From the NCBI RefSeq assembly GCF_964204645.1, contig NC_134029.1, forward strand, positions 4,588,001 to 4,652,000: a DNA stretch of 64,000 nt, in the 5' to 3' direction. The stretch comes from Tubulanus polymorphus. Taxonomy: Eukaryota > Animalia > Nemertea. Below, in pieces: positions 14,099 to 28,640 of the stretch (position 1 is its first letter; every line of letters starts with the position of its first letter). The notes beneath the pieces are model-generated. The model did no database searches. It saw nothing but the letters and a program-made list of their open reading frames with translations, and was not told the origin of the DNA. The translations under genes were made by a program, and so were the position numbers.

Positions 14099-14401
14099 AA
14101 AATGGCGCGTCATTGGCTTGTTTGAAATTCGCCAATTTTCCGACCATTTTCTCTAGATTGCCGGCAATAGAACATTCTATCAGCCGCTAATACTGTATTT
14201 GACTCTGGCACTTCACTTCTACGTAAAAACTGCAGCAGAGTCAATCTAACGCCAATTGGAATTTGATTTTGCGCAGATTGCAGAAGCTATATTGGTTTCG
14301 AAAAAGCCGCGCATCGCTGATTGGCAATTATCGACAGAGGACCGCGAGAGAAAAGAGAAAATTTTTAGTCGGGCTGGATATAAAGTATATCTAATTTGCA
14401 T
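14099..14401 (+). promoter_or_regulatory. Possible promoter-like motif cluster
   Basis: YY1-type AAAATGGCG (14099), ATTGG/CCAAT boxes (14112, 14252, ~14320), TATAAAG (14379) and octamer ATTTGCAT (14394) in a CpG-rich stretch. Motif evidence only. Confidence 0.25.
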
Positions 14402-17400
14402 CAAATTCGCGAGAAGAAAATTCTGACAGATATTGGAAACAGCCAAAAAGCGCTCGAAATGAATTACATCGCAGCAAAGTACATCGTATGTTTTTGATCG
14501 TAGTAAAAGATAAACAGATCTCAATGTTCCACGTGATCGCGTGTCATCATCGCCCGATAGGAGGCGCCACTAGTCTATACGATTAAAGCTAGCTTAGGGG
14601 TTTAATTAATATTTCGCTGTAATCAACAAATGAGTATTTCTGCTCATTCGTCATCGAGTCATTTAAAAGACAATATTATGTCAATGATAAATAGATTTTT
14701 AATGGGTACGATTTATCAACCTTTATAAATAGCGTGACTGTTAAGGATGTATAGAATATTAATACGCATCCAGCTGGATGTCGGTGCCATTTTGCATTAA
14801 TCATCTTAAATACATCTTTGAGTAAAAGCGCTCACTCATAAGTAGGTTTGTTCGGAATCTTCTTAGATGATGGAAAAATTTTTAATGACGACGTTTTCGT
14901 GGCGTTTTTTTTTTTCTACGACTGTTGCGTGCTCGAACGAGTGGTCACCGATCGAAGCAACACATGACTCACTGATAGATATTGGTCGCAACGCCCTAAG
15001 ACGGTTCTAGGAATACGCCATTAATGCGGGTAGCATCGGTATTTATCTAATCTACACCGGTTGGCGAGGCACAAAATACAATTACCTGCTCACTGAGGCG
15101 AGTATATAGTTTTGCCACCGGAAACGCCGCGTACTGCTACACCGCCTAAAAACCCTCGATGAGAGAGAGAAAGAACTGTGAGTCAGAGAGAGTACCGGCC
15201 ACGACTCCTCGTACTACTCCTACCCGCCGCGATGTTAAACAAAATTTTCATCGCGACAATAGCCGATTTCGCTAGAAATGGCCCCGCATTTTGCGGAGGT
15301 AATCGAATTTCGGAATGTTACGATCGAATTAATGATTTCTTATCGATGCTTACGAGTTGTTTAACTAACCGCTACGTGCTCCGGGAATGACTCAGCAAAT
15401 TTGATAGTTTGATACGATGATTGTTGCGGCGACGGTTGCGGGATACGGTTTCAATTAGCAATCAACACTGACACGACTCAGGTGGTTGAATGTGAGAGGC
15501 TTTTCGAGATGGAATGCGATTCTAACTTCATAAAATCATGCCTCAATTTACGAATTAGAAAAGAATGTCATCAGAGATCCAATTTTGCGTCTTGCAGTCT
15601 GGTATTACACGCCATAATGGATTTGAAAATCGGTAATGGCCTAGCACTGCCTAGGCTTAAAATGCAAATATTTCTTCTGGTGTCGTCTGAGTAGAAGGCC
15701 CATCCTGTTTCGAACGTTTCCTTATTTGACAGCGGTGCTGCATGCCGTTCTCCAAGAAATGTAAGATGATGCATGTTTGTCATCCACCATTTTGTATTCT
15801 CTTAGGGGATATTACATAAATTTTCCTAAATTCCCTAAAAAGTATTATCATCATTATTATCATTAGCTCTCGTGGATCGTTCAACATTTTGAGAATTTTC
15901 GGAAACGATTCAAATAGCGATACCATCCCCGACGCCATCTTGGTTTCTTCCTGACTGCATGCGGTGACGTATGTCTACCGTCGATTCTACGGCGTCTGGC
16001 AATTTATTAAAAGGACGTAAAACAAGTCCCAACGCGGCGAAAGCAAATGGCATTTAAGAAAAATAATCCTCACAAAATGAACTGACATCTCGATGTGGCA
16101 GAAAGTAGCATTAATCTGGCTGATTTACATAACGGCATCGCGGTGGTAAAAGTCGTATGCACGCAATGCAGTATAATCGCTCAGGTTGACAGGATTTCCT
16201 GGTGAGTCGAGGTGGCTACGGCACCCGACTCATGGATCTATTCTCCTCCTCGACCGACGATGAAAGCAAATCGGGGCAAATGATTTAAACCACCGGTTAT
16301 TAGCCATGTGTTAACTGTCTGCAGCTAATTCTTCAATGATGGAATTTCATTTTGACTTCACGCGATCGAAATCGCGTTTTGATACTTTTGCCATTTCCTT
16401 CTCTATTAATAATGAATCAGGATATTGGACAGATGAGGTTTGGCCAGACAACTGACGCCATTACATCATTTTCAGGCGTAAATAAAACTGTTGAAATCGT
16501 GTTTCTCCAACGCAAAAAAGAGACTCCTTCCCTAACTGGAAATGAAAATTGGCTATTGAACGCCAGATCTTCAGGGTCGGTTAAACAGTAGATCCTGACT
16601 TAAAGTGGTGAAAATATTTCGTCGTGGAGGTCTTTCAGCCTGGCAACCTTGCAGCCTTTTGGGCTTTTCCACGTGAATGCCATAACGGTTTGCAAACACA
16701 ATGAGTAGGATTGACAGACCCTGGAAGTTTTTATGGCCCCCGATTATCTTAAGTTGTTATGTATATATGACAAGTCATCAGCACTGATTGGCAAACTATG
16801 GCATCAGCTGTAAGACATCTGTAGGGGAGTTCAGTACATGCATTATTTTGTAGGGTACAAATGCAATGCGACATGAATGAATCAACAATCGTATACCGTG
16901 TACGGAGGGCTAAAATGATTATTCTAGCAGTACATCCCGTCACTGTCAAAACAACAAAAATGGTCGCGAATCCGAATCCGCGAATTCTCTGAAGGGATTG
17001 CAGATGTCTGTTCATTTCTGATAGCGGAACAAGAATACGCGCAGCGCGACGGCTAGCTGTGCACGCTAGACTGGTCGAACACGCCGGCGGTAAGCTCGGC
17101 GTCACTGACCCTGAGGGGCTTAGGTTACATGCAGCATCGAATATCTCACGTCGCGCAAATAATTAGCTTCATTGCGCGTCCCCCCGACGACCGAAGCAAC
17201 AGCCCGTACCGGAGTATTGGCTCTATTTGTAACGGCGAGCTCGCAAACGGGTTACAAGTGTCGAATCGAGAGCATGGTGCACGCAGACAGAGAGCAGTTC
17301 GCTCAGACTATGTTGTCACGTCGCGGATACTAAATCGTGCCCTTTTAATTTGAGACAGAAACTCCAGTGAAGGATGTCCAGAAGTATTCGGTGCCCTATA

Positions 17401-18916
17401 GCCCTCACTACGGATTCCGCCAGCAGTTCATACGTCGGAGCTCGACTGCAAAAATCCAGGGCCAACAGGTCTATATGCAATCCAATAAAGAAAGATAAAA
17501 GAGGTCGACATTTTTTCTTGAACAAATATCTTATTTGACGTTTCCACTTATTCATCAAATTCAGGAATACTTACGATGAATGCAGGTGATTTTATATTAT
17601 CGTTATTGCACGGACAGTCATCACAGGTTTTGTCTAACAGGTTTTGCATTGACGAACCATTATTTTCTGTGGATCTAGGAGAAGATATTCGATTCTTACA
17701 CAAATCGGTAGGGCCTGATCTAGTTTCAAGGCGTTCACAATATTGATCGACCCCTCCCCCCTCCCACTACTCTAGAGATTGAATATAGGTTCACGTAGGT
17801 GTAAAACACGGAAGATACAATCCACCCATCTCACGTCCGCGTTAATTGCGCAACTGAGGATCTCAGACTATTATCGAATCGCTCATGTGGAACTATTTCT
17901 AACGATTAACAACATACGACATCCAATATTTACTGTCGGATTCATTAAAACCGATCGAACGCAGCCGAGAGGGAGAGATCGTTAGCGCATTCGACTGGAA
18001 TACCCATCCATATTCGCTTGGAAGAGAACTGTCGGCGGCGGCAAACCGTTAGTTTGAATTTCAAATAATTACAATACAGTGTTTTCGTTCGTCGCCGTCG
18101 TCGTTTTCATCACTATCATCATCAATAACAGATAGTCGTCGTCGTCGTTTCGTCTCGTCAATTATTGTATTTCAATTACCTGTGACGTTTCATCGCGATA
18201 ATTAGCGAATTCTCGATCTTAGTTTCCCGAACCATATCAAAACGATAACTTTGACTGGATTCTTTTCCGTCAAGAAATTTGTTTCAAGCCAGCTCGTCTA
18301 ATTTTCAAAGAAGTTTGCTAGTTTGCTATTCGTAATATCGCGAGGAACGAATCACCGCCCTGGAAGTTGCATGTTTTTAGAGGATATCACATTGGCAGAG
18401 TCTCGATGCCATCAGGTTCATAGTCGTCATCGCGCAAAAACTACGTAAAAACCATAAAACTGTGGTAATCGTCAGGTGGTGTCCTGTAGCGTCTGTCGGC
18501 GGAACTAAAATCATAGCGCCAATATTCAAATCTGTCCAGCGCGTCGTATACTCCGCGGTCGAGGAACATGTTGGACAGTCATTGATGCAGTAATAAGATT
18601 GCAGCACTATCTCCGTAACACGTTGATTAACGTGAGGACAATAGATATATGAATGTTTGCATGAATTGCGATAGTGTGGGCTCAAGTGCCTTTTAATGTT
18701 TATAAGTTAAATCGTCCTTGCATTTCTTCTACTTCCTAGTGTAGATTGATTCGTTAATGAAATATGTATGAAATTTGTATAGATCTTTAGATTTTTTGTA
18801 CGAACGATTACTGAAAGACCGATAAAAATTAACCAGCCTTGGAATTATTACATTTCTTGAATACTTTTTACATTATCACTGAGGCCACTTGTGTTCAGAG
18901 CCGTTTTCCTGTTCCA

Positions 18917-19016
18917 GGACCCAGTTCCACGTTCTTCGTCACTTTTCACCCAGCATTTCAAATTAGTTAATTTAGAATTTCAGCTTTTAAGAGTCAAATC
19001 TCCGAGAATTGGATCT
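18917..19016. mobile_element. MITE family B copy, internal sequence in the opposite orientation to 10396-10510
   Basis: GGACCCAGTTCCAC left end and GAATTGGATCT right end. Internal AATTAGTTAATTT and GAGTCAAATCT match the reverse complement of the 10.4-kb copy. Confidence 0.5.
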
Positions 19017-19594
19017 AGCGTATTCTTACTTGCCTCCATTGTGTACTATTCGCTTTGATAGTAATACATCTTATAAACGAAAAAAAGAAAATAACTGCCG
19101 TATCGCCAGTTGTCAATAAAATGCGAAAGAAACCGCCGCAATTGCAACAACCTGTAAACCGAAATCCATATTAAGCTTCTCTCTGTCGTATAGAACAACA
19201 AGTGGTCAATATACGCAGTAGCTATCGGCATGAGAATTCATTTCCTGAGCGTCAATCACTGCGCCTACAGCTGTAAGAAAAGATTATCCCCGGCCCCCAG
19301 TATCAGTTGATTAACATTGCTTTTGTATATCAATCATTGACGCCGTGAATATTACCGCTAGCCGATTTACTACTTATAGTCCACGTTACCGCCGTACCAT
19401 CGACCGGTTTACCGGCGGATGAATACGGGCGATGGATCAATTTTTGTTCCCGTAAGTTTGATCCTCGAGGAATGAGTAACCCCTTATGGTGATTATGTAT
19501 TATGGTTATTCTATCATAGAAGCAAGAAAGCATGTTTTACGGCTAAAGGAACACAGAATCTCTGTGGCAATTTTGGAAAGGTTTCCTTAAACTA

Positions 19595-19848
19595 CGGGCA
19601 ATGGTATACCGGCACCACCCGCAACAAAACACTGGGTCATTCGTGAAAATCAGTTCATTTGAAATATGAACTTATAGGCTTCCAACGAACCATCATATAC
19701 GAGCCCCATTCTCATTCAGTGTATGGTATAGATTTCCCTGAAAATTGATTTCCTAATTAAAAACAGTTGACTCGAATTCATGTAGAAGAAATTGAAAGAA
19801 ATTGATTAGCGATCCTGGCGGGTTATCGCGGAATCGACGCTTCCCTCA
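19595..19848 (-). mobile_element. Copy D of the CGGGGAAC MITE family, internally deleted
   Basis: Matches the reverse complement of copies A and B in colinear order: AAAATCAGTTCATTT, ATGTAGAAGAAATT, TAGCGATCCTGGCGG, GGAATCGACG. Begins TA-CGGGCAAT. Confidence 0.7.
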
Positions 19849-21546
19849 GATATTGCATTCTTCTGAGGCAAGTTTGGCCATACGTATATATTTCATTTCG
19901 CGAACTTTGGAACCTTCAAGCACGAAGCCTTGTTGTTGCCTAATCAGAACTAAGGAACGGCTGTATTCGATTCCAATCTATCTTCTTCAATACCGTGCGT
20001 GCGTATACGTTAATTCTATTTTTTCACTAGGCGGTATGTTTATTAGAATTGTCAAACTCGTTTAGTCTCGGTGCATCGCTCAAAGAATCGTCGCCACGCA
20101 CCGCCGGTAATTGGATGAACTCGGAACCGGCAAGTCTACATCGACACCACGTGGCTTCCGCGTCGAAAAGAGGCGAAATACTTCAACAAAAGTCGTCTTA
20201 TATCGCGCGCGATGTAAGTGATTTTGTTCGCCGCGAAAATTGGACGGACATGACCGAGTGCGGGTAGCGGTAATATGGTGTCAATTTGGCCGGTTTATTC
20301 AGTGTGGTATTCTCCGGCGCCGCGGCCGCGCGAGTTGTTGCCCATCTTGACGCGGTTTATTAGTATTCATCTGCGTTGACGATACGAGCGCCAACGTTTA
20401 TTGAAACCTAATTCGGCGACTTGCTGCCGGGGATTATTCCGTTCGATTTCTATATCATCGGTAAAAATCATCTGCAGGATACGACGACGACGACGCGGTG
20501 CAACGATCATCACACACTCACTGCAATGCGCTAAATTCACTTATGCGAATATAGATATATATGTACCGCTCATACAACTTTCTACATGTTTCCGTCTCTT
20601 GAAATACAATAAATATAACCCTAATACCCGCTATTTGCTGACTTCAGGCAATTTTTAGCAACATGTATTTTATATTTTCTTCACACGACTGGTAACATGC
20701 CCCCAAAAAGCTAATAGGGTCAAGGTTTCATATTTGGTTTCATATCAGGTATCGTGTGCATTGGTTTCTTGTAAGGCGAGTTTATTTTACCTATCAAACC
20801 AGGAAATTGTTACACGGTGGACATTATGCTCATGATCAGCACCATTTTTGTGGCTTTCCACGCTATTTCCACGATCTTGAGCTATTTGCTAAGTAATCAT
20901 ACGTATATATTTATGACTTTACCGCAATATTCTAAACGTTAAATTGTTTTTGTCATCACAAGTCTTTGACCTATCATCTCGTGTGGAAAGGACAGTGCTC
21001 GCAGCGGTTATGAAATGGACTTAGGCTGAAAACGTATGTATAAATTGAGAGTGATATTAACAAGCTGGAAATATGATACGATCTGTTGACTGAGGTCTTG
21101 TCTACCTCTAGGTAATCGAAAACATTCATTGATATGGAATTTCTTGTCTTATCTATGGAAATGAAAGCATGAAATTTCGGCATTGAAATTCCCGAATATT
21201 GATACTCGAAAATGAATGAGAAATAACTGATTAGTTTCTCGATATATATCATATACATTACTAACGTTCTTATAGTCAAGGCCTTAGAAACCTTTGTTCG
21301 AGGGCAGATGGCTTCTCTTGATGTACCTGAGACAGATTATCATTACTAATACGTGCGTGTAGATATCGAGATTCTTGCCATCATCATGTGAATGTGTGTA
21401 ATATGATCGATGGTCGATAAAATCGTTCACCCCGGCTTGATAATGATGTACAACGACGTATCAGTAAATGTATGTTGTGTACTATTCCGTACGACGTGAT
21501 ATATATTAACATGCTCCATTCAATATCCACCGAACCTGGGTAAACT

Positions 21547-21646
21547 CATCCTACCTCTGCAGGGACTCGAACCTGATGGCATCGCTACACTCAGCCACGG
21601 CACGAACCCCTGCATCAGTAGACCGGGTGCGCAGGTACATGCGCAG
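21547..21646 (-). mobile_element. B-box-containing SINE-like repeat, left arm of an inverted pair
   Basis: The reverse complement aligns with 21790-21885. B box GGTTCGAGTCC on the minus strand at 21563-21573. Confidence 0.7.
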
Positions 21647-21789
21647 CTTTCCGAACGAAAACTGGCGGCACCAATCAGATTGCTCGTTGTATAATCGTTG
21701 AGGCAAATTTCTAGGAAGAACTATAAATGGGATAACCCGGGTTAAAATAAAACGGGATTTCTGATTGGCTAAAAATCACATCATCTGAA

Positions 21790-21885
21790 CTGCGCATGTA
21801 TCTGCGCACACGGTCGATTATGGCAGGGTTTCGTGCCGTGGCAATCTCGATGCCATCAGGTTCGAATCCCTGCCGGGGGAGGATG
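21790..21885 (+). mobile_element. B-box-containing SINE-like repeat, right arm of an inverted pair
   Basis: CTGCGCATGTAyCTGCGCAC...TTCGTGCCGTGGC...CGATGCCATCAGGTTCGArTCCCTGC is shared with the left arm. A third fragment lies at 18393-18419. Confidence 0.7.
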
Positions 21886-24800
21886 TGGTAAACTAGGAGA
21901 TTCACATGGGACAGATGATCTAGACCTACGTATAGCTTGTCGAAATTCTTTTCATATAAGAGCGTCAAGTTATAAATTCCGTGAAAAATACCACTAAAAG
22001 TAAAAAATTGAAATTTTTTACCTTTCTCTAACTTATGCTGGGCGTATGACTGCGATGAAAAAAGGCTTGCATTATCGTGCATTTTTTCTCACTCTATGGC
22101 AATGAGTTTTACTCTAATCATGTCTTGGATTGCATGTATTTTAATGGGTCTCAAAATAGCAGTCAGGATGATTATTTAAATTTTAGACCGTGCGGCCACG
22201 GACGGGTGAAGGTGAACATGGAAGGTCGATGACGCTACAGCCATATATCCATCACTGTCAAATACAGGCACTCGGGTTTAATGAACGTATGGCTTTGTTC
22301 TGACACGCAGTGACCATTAAATAGCTCACTTCAACCACAGTCCATACTTAACCATAGGGAATAACCGATCACCCGATTCTCTAAACCGCCAGTCATCAAT
22401 TTATCTGCTAAGGACAAATCCGCAGCGGGGACGGTGGTGACTGATCTAAAGGTTTCTATTTCGTAAAGTTTCCAAGTTCAACAACTTGGAATTTCATAGT
22501 CCACCGTACAGTAGAGACACCGGCGGTAGATCGTCGAACTAAATAGATCATTTTTGACTAGACGACATCCATGGACTCTCGAACGAAGTTCCACGAATAT
22601 CCTAAGACAAAGTCTAATTTTCATTAAAAAAAGACCTATGCATGAATAATTCTGAATCGAGATATATGTATTTTAAATTAACAGCACAAGCATCTTTCGG
22701 CAATTATTGGTAGGAAGGAGTCATAGACAAAAATAGGGGGCAAATAGAAAATAGAACAAGATGTAACATAAGGGAATTCTTCCCATTTTCGATTGATGGA
22801 TGGTTGAAAAAATCGTGGAAAGAGAGTTAAAAGATATGTCCTTGCAATGGTGCATCATTTCAAGTGGCTTATAAAACCGTCGATGTCGGAGTGATATGCT
22901 TTCCATTAAGTGGCAAATACATGCATAATTGCCGTTATGTAAATACAATCAAAGCTAAGATGGGAGCTTCGAGGCTGTGTGGATTCATACTTAATGCAAT
23001 TAAAGGACTTTTACTTAACGTCGGATCGGTTCTAGGGCGGCTTATTGTCTTATTTGAAAAGCTATACCAACATAAGAAGTTAGAATCTTGTTAGCACGGG
23101 TTCTTATACAAACAAATACAACGCCGGAATAATATTGTAATCCTATTGTTATGACGTGAGTGCATTGTGTTGTTGGGGTTAGTCAGATGACATTATTGTT
23201 AGCAATAGTTAATTCAGTTGCAGTATTGTCGGTATTATCGGTATTATTGTTACTGGTCTGGTCTGCATCTCACTGATGGACACTGCGTGCGTCGATTTGA
23301 CATCAGTCATCCGCGGGACCTGATTCGACCGATTATTGTTATGATAACTTATTCATTAATCTTTCGATATAGAATTTAGCAGGTCTCGTCTTCTAGTCAC
23401 GAGATTGACGAATAAAGCCTTCTGCAATAATAACCTGTGTTACTTCGTCTCCAGAGTTCATGAATTCATTGAAAATGTAATAATCTCGATACACTTCGAC
23501 TTCCTCATCTTGTAATGCAAATGGAATCTTGCGAAAGGCAAACGAAGTCGAAGAAACTTCTTTCTTTTGCCTTAAAGAAACAGCAATTGCCATATGTCAC
23601 CAATATGTCGTGACGTCAGTGTAAGTCGAAGGCGCCGGTGTAGGGAGTCGTTTTCATCGTGGAAATCTTATAATTGATAACTGGACAATACGTTCAGGTT
23701 GCGGTACTGTATCCGCGTGTAGGACTCGGAAGTCGAGAAGGGGTCAACCAGCGAACCGCTACCGCCGCAGGGTAAAACCAGCCTTCGTTGGCCACTATTA
23801 TCCACTACAGTCATTCATCGGTAATTGATTCGTTTACAAAGATTTATCATATCAATTAAGTAAATTATTCGGTACGTCGTGGGCTATCTTGTTAACTTCA
23901 GTATTCGGATGTGCACACGTGTGATACGTTTATTTATTAAATCAGTATTAATCATATCAGACAGAGCATGATGAGTAATCACAACTGAAAGACCATATTG
24001 CATGTATGTTGTCCGCAACCTGGGAAACTCCATAGGCGAAAGAAATAATCGTTCGGGTGAGGACCGCTCTGCTGCACTTCAGATACCATACACGTTATCC
24101 ATATCCAGCATATGGAACGTGTAGAGGCTAAACCTTGGTTCTTGGTGAAATCAGGGATGTGGGGAGAGAAGCACTTCTCTGGTGAAATCAACTAGGGGCA
24201 ATGTCACATTATGGCACTCTCCGTGTCATAGGCGCTCTGGAAAACAAGATCAAACCGTTTTAGAGAGATTTTCCGCAAACCCCATCGTTTGTAGAACATT
24301 GTTTAGAAAGGTCTACCTGTTAGAACACGATATATAACTTTCAGAGACAAGTGACTATTTTTACTACTGTTACGACTAAATCTTCTATGAGCCATTTTCA
24401 ACACCGTTTTTTCTTCTTCAAATGTTTTCTTCTGATCAACGATACTTTTATCAACGCCGCGTAAAATGTCGACATTTTGTAGACAGACTAAAAGTGTCAT
24501 GGTTTGACCCAATGCTGCACATAGACCGCGATCGAGCTTCTAACTGGATCGATGGATAGGTTACCTGTAGATGTCAGACGAAAGTAGCTCTTTCCATCAC
24601 AAATATAAACGTATAAATGCATCGACTAAGTGGCCATCTAGAAAATGTATAATCCAATAAACTAGCAATATTGACTGTAAGTAAGTAGAGCTATATACCT
24701 TCAGTATATATTTCTTTTATGAAGGTAATGGCGTCGAAAACTGTACACGCATTGCGACCGGATATGTATACTCTAGAAATATCCGTAGTTAAAGTCCGGT

Positions 24801-25787
24801 AGATGATATAATGGCCAATGCCTGCTTTATGAACGGAGGTAGATCTATGTAGATCCATGCGAACGTCCGCTTGTATTTCCGTGGCCGGAGTTTTTAGTGA
24901 CGGCTTCACTTATGTCATCTAGATCAGGGATCAGTTTCTTTCTTACATATAACGTTTTATTATTGCTACGTTTAACTAATGTTTATGATTTTTCAGGGCA
25001 CCATCATGCCACATTACTCGCGTGATGTGAACAGCTAACGAGTCTAGCTTGGTGTTATTCTCCAATGTGATAGTATGGATTAAACGTTAAGCTTGTAAAA
25101 TCGAACTGGATCTTGAACTGTGGTACTGGTAGAACCGAGTCCTGAAATGTAGAACTGTGGAACCGGTTCCTGAACTGGAGAACATGATTTGTCTGGTTCG
25201 TGTTCGTTTTTTTTCAGTTTGGACGTACGGAAAGCCGGGTGGATGTAGTCCTCAAGACGATGGAGGCCGTTGTTTATATATTCTGACAGTGAGGCGGGTG
25301 TCGAGGGATACACGTTCGTTGTTTATGCCGAGAATGTCTCGTACTGTTTCTCTGTTAACAAGATTACTACTGATGACAAACAATCGACTGCCGTCGTATC
25401 ACTCAATTAATCTGTCAATACACATGCATACGCACTCAGTGGTCGAGACTATTGTCGCCACTCAGTGATGGTGTGGTTATTATGTATGATGTATACATAT
25501 ATACTCAACGATAACGAAACGGCATAAAAAGCTTCTATTAAGGTCTCACGATTACTGAGTCACATATCTATGAATAAAGTCCAAGGACATTCCATGACTG
25601 GTGCTAAGTATCCACCTGCAAAAAAAGACTTTTTTTGACAAATGCTTATTGACATTTGCAAACGGCCGTTGTGAAACAAATCATTCTTCTCGTCAAAATC
25701 GCGCACTATTCAAAATGGTCGTTTTAATATGAGATAGGTAGAAATGATCCCGTCCTCTATATCTTAATGCTGGGGGTCTTAAATCCT

Positions 25788-25863
25788 AACGCGCACGACA
25801 CAGGGAAACCGGGAAACATCTTCTGCCTCCTCCGTGTTTCCGTGTCCCTGTGTCGGGTGCGTT
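25788..25863 (+). repeat. Isolated ~76-nt stem-loop (small MITE or pre-miRNA-like hairpin)
   Basis: AACGCGCACGACACAGGGAAACCGGGAAACA pairs with TGTTTCCGTGTCCCTGTGTCGGGTGCGTT around a 16-nt loop; 11-bp perfect core CGACACAGGGA/TCCCTGTGTCG. Confidence 0.7.
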
Positions 25864-26627
25864 CCGCGTTGAGCTTTTCTATTAACTTTTCAGAGGGAAA
25901 CTTACTCTTCTAACTACGTAACTCTTCACTTTTTTGTACGTTGTCTGTCGTACGTATCTGATATTCGAGATCGGACTGATATTCGGAGCGATAGAAACTT
26001 TATTACGAGAATGAAAATTAACGATGCTATCTCGCGTATTGTATCTGGCAACGCAGTAGTTAGTTCTTGATGCTTTTATCGGTCGATTTATGAATCGTAA
26101 TCAGAATCTGCTCGTGTTTTCTTCTCGGCGACGTTCGTCCCCGCTTCGGCGATATTCAATTTGTAACTTTTCTTCGTTAATCATGTAGCGCTTTGTGAAA
26201 ACGAAACCGACCAGAATGACCAAAGTCGACTGACTCACTGAAAAATACTCGTCCTCTCGATACCATAATTCAGTACTCGCTTATGTAATCAATAGGCTAT
26301 TGTGTTTCGCGCTAAATTATATTTCCTGTACATTATCTTGCAACGGGTTTTTGGTATCGTCGAGATGCGTTATTGTGTCTCGGCTGCGAAATCGCGTGAT
26401 TCATGTCGTACCTCGCGCACGTACACGTGTGTACTGTCTCTAAACGAAAACAACGCCACCGCAAACAGCAAATAGCCAATTATATTATTAGATTTGTTTT
26501 GTTCGATGAGACGCCGGTCGTTATTGGTCGGATTCGAACGGACGCGACGGTTACCGCAGCGCGCGTCGGGAGATACATTGATTATCGTTTTGGTAAAATT
26601 CGATAGAATCTAATCTAATATTTGCAG

Positions 26628-26807
26628 AGAACGGATTCCTGCTAGTTCTAAACAAAGACCGTCCAGATCTATTCTATATCCGTAGCTTATACAGCGGCGG
26701 GTCGGGGGAAAATTGACTATTTTCTGTTGATTACACCGAGTCGCGTGTATTGTTTGACAGCTACTCGTCCGCTGTCATTAAACATTCAAGTGTTCGCTAT
26801 AAGAACG
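26628..26807 (+). other. Candidate non-coding exon (180 nt; alternative acceptor at 26761)
   Basis: Branch-point-like CTAAT twice plus TTTGCAG acceptor ending at 26627; donor ACG|GTAAGA at 26808; stops in all three frames. Confidence 0.3.
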
Positions 26808-28605
26808 GTAAGAATAGATAAATCGACAAAATTTTCTAAAATCCCTCGTTACGACGAGTGTCATTACTCATTCGGAAATGACTGGTTCACTGGCTGGTGA
26901 ATGGACCTCGGGGATTCGACTTTGATTGAAAAATTCCTGCCCGGCTCAAGGGTCCTGTTCAAGAAAAAGGTTTATAATGAGGGTTTTATGGGCCTCAAGT
27001 GGCCGGTATACAAAATTATACGTTTCTGTGGAAAGTTTTCTCGTAATTTGATTTCTAAGCTGATGTGGATGTTATACGCGTGCACTACCATCAATCTCTG
27101 TGCGCAGTTACGCAAATTGCTCACTTTATTTCATTCGATTGGATTCGGTTTTGTGTGTAATGATGTTTTGACACATTTTCCTATTCTAAATGCTCCTATT
27201 AAAGGCAATTTGTAGCGTAATAGGATCAGAATCATTTATTCGGTACTGTTTGTAAATTTTGGTTTTCACGATTGGCATCTGACGCTTTTGTATCGAAAAC
27301 ATATAGTTGATAAATAAATATAGCTGCAAAGCAGCGATAACAGATTTTTGCATTACAGTTCTTTTCACTGTGCAGTCCCCTCCCTGGTGGCATGAACTAA
27401 TTATGCCGAACAGTGGTATATATATTATATGTTCTTATGAACCAACTTTCGTGTTTTCAACGAAAAAAACGTACTGATAGAGATATCTTACGGATTTACG
27501 CGCCCTAGTGATGAGATTAGGAACTAATTGTGCAAGTGGAATCGAACACGAGCTAGACCTTCGCTGAGACGATAAGAAGTAAGAAATAAACATAAAGAAA
27601 TACTCGCGAAAGCTCGTCAATGAGAATTTCAGTGAATCGGCAAAGCATCCCCATGTTGACTTATGAATCATTAAAACTATCGGTCACTGCGCCGCTTTGT
27701 TTGAATTGCTTTTTTTGTGTTATTTCTCGATCTGTCCGGTGAGTTCCGCTCGGCGAAACTAATCAACTTCAGTTTCTGGCTCTGTGTGTCTGATGGACGG
27801 AATGTGGCTGCTAGTCATCTGGAAGAGTAATTCATATCATGGTCACTAGTTTGCAGAATCTCGCTAGTCTCGGTGCGTATATACATACACCACTCTGCTG
27901 TTTGTGATTGACAGTCCCGTGTCTGCTGACGTAAAGCCGTGGCTTATTTGCCCACGAACTCCGCAATTTATCGAAAGCGCGATTGGATCGTAAAAAACCG
28001 ACGGGATCTCGGTGGTATCTATTACACGAATCGATGACTTGAATGAAGATTCTTGCAACCCAACTGCAACCGACTGTTACTAAAATACCGAAACAAACTT
28101 TTATCATTCTTTCATTTTCTCAATGAGCCGAATATTACAGCGTAGTTCATTTCCAACATAGCTTATCATTACCTTGATAATGGTTCCTAGCTGGAAAGCG
28201 GTTTTTCATTATTGGTCTGGCACTCAAGTCTTGATATGCGACACATTGCGAATGTCTATCCATTCATCACTTCAGCTTAAGTTACATTTCCATAGTCCAT
28301 TACTGCTTATGAAATTTGAGCGCGTTTTTCAATCGAGCCTAGGATTACCCACATGACTTCACGGCCATACCCTGCGACGTACGTATACGAAAAAGCTGTA
28401 AAGTAAGATTTCATTTGAAAACACAATCATTTCTATAAAGGATAAACTCGAATGAAATTTCTTTTGAAAAGCGTCTCAGTACGGAACACGTACGTATTCC
28501 GGTAATTAGAAAATAATCGACGCAGTAATTAAAGATAAGACGCGGCGTTGTTCGGAAATATGTTTTTAAGTCGCGTTTGTTCATTGTAACCGAAGAAGAA
28601 TAGAT

Positions 28606-28640
28606 ACACAGACACACACACACACACTAACACAAACACA
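28606..28640. repeat. Imperfect (CA)n microsatellite
   Basis: ACACAGACACACACACACACACTAACACAAACACA. Confidence 0.85.

Noticed and set aside
23393-24512. Somewhat protein-like short minus-strand ORFs (23393-23593, 24303-24512)
   Set aside because: No recognisable motif and no consistent splice-site pairs.
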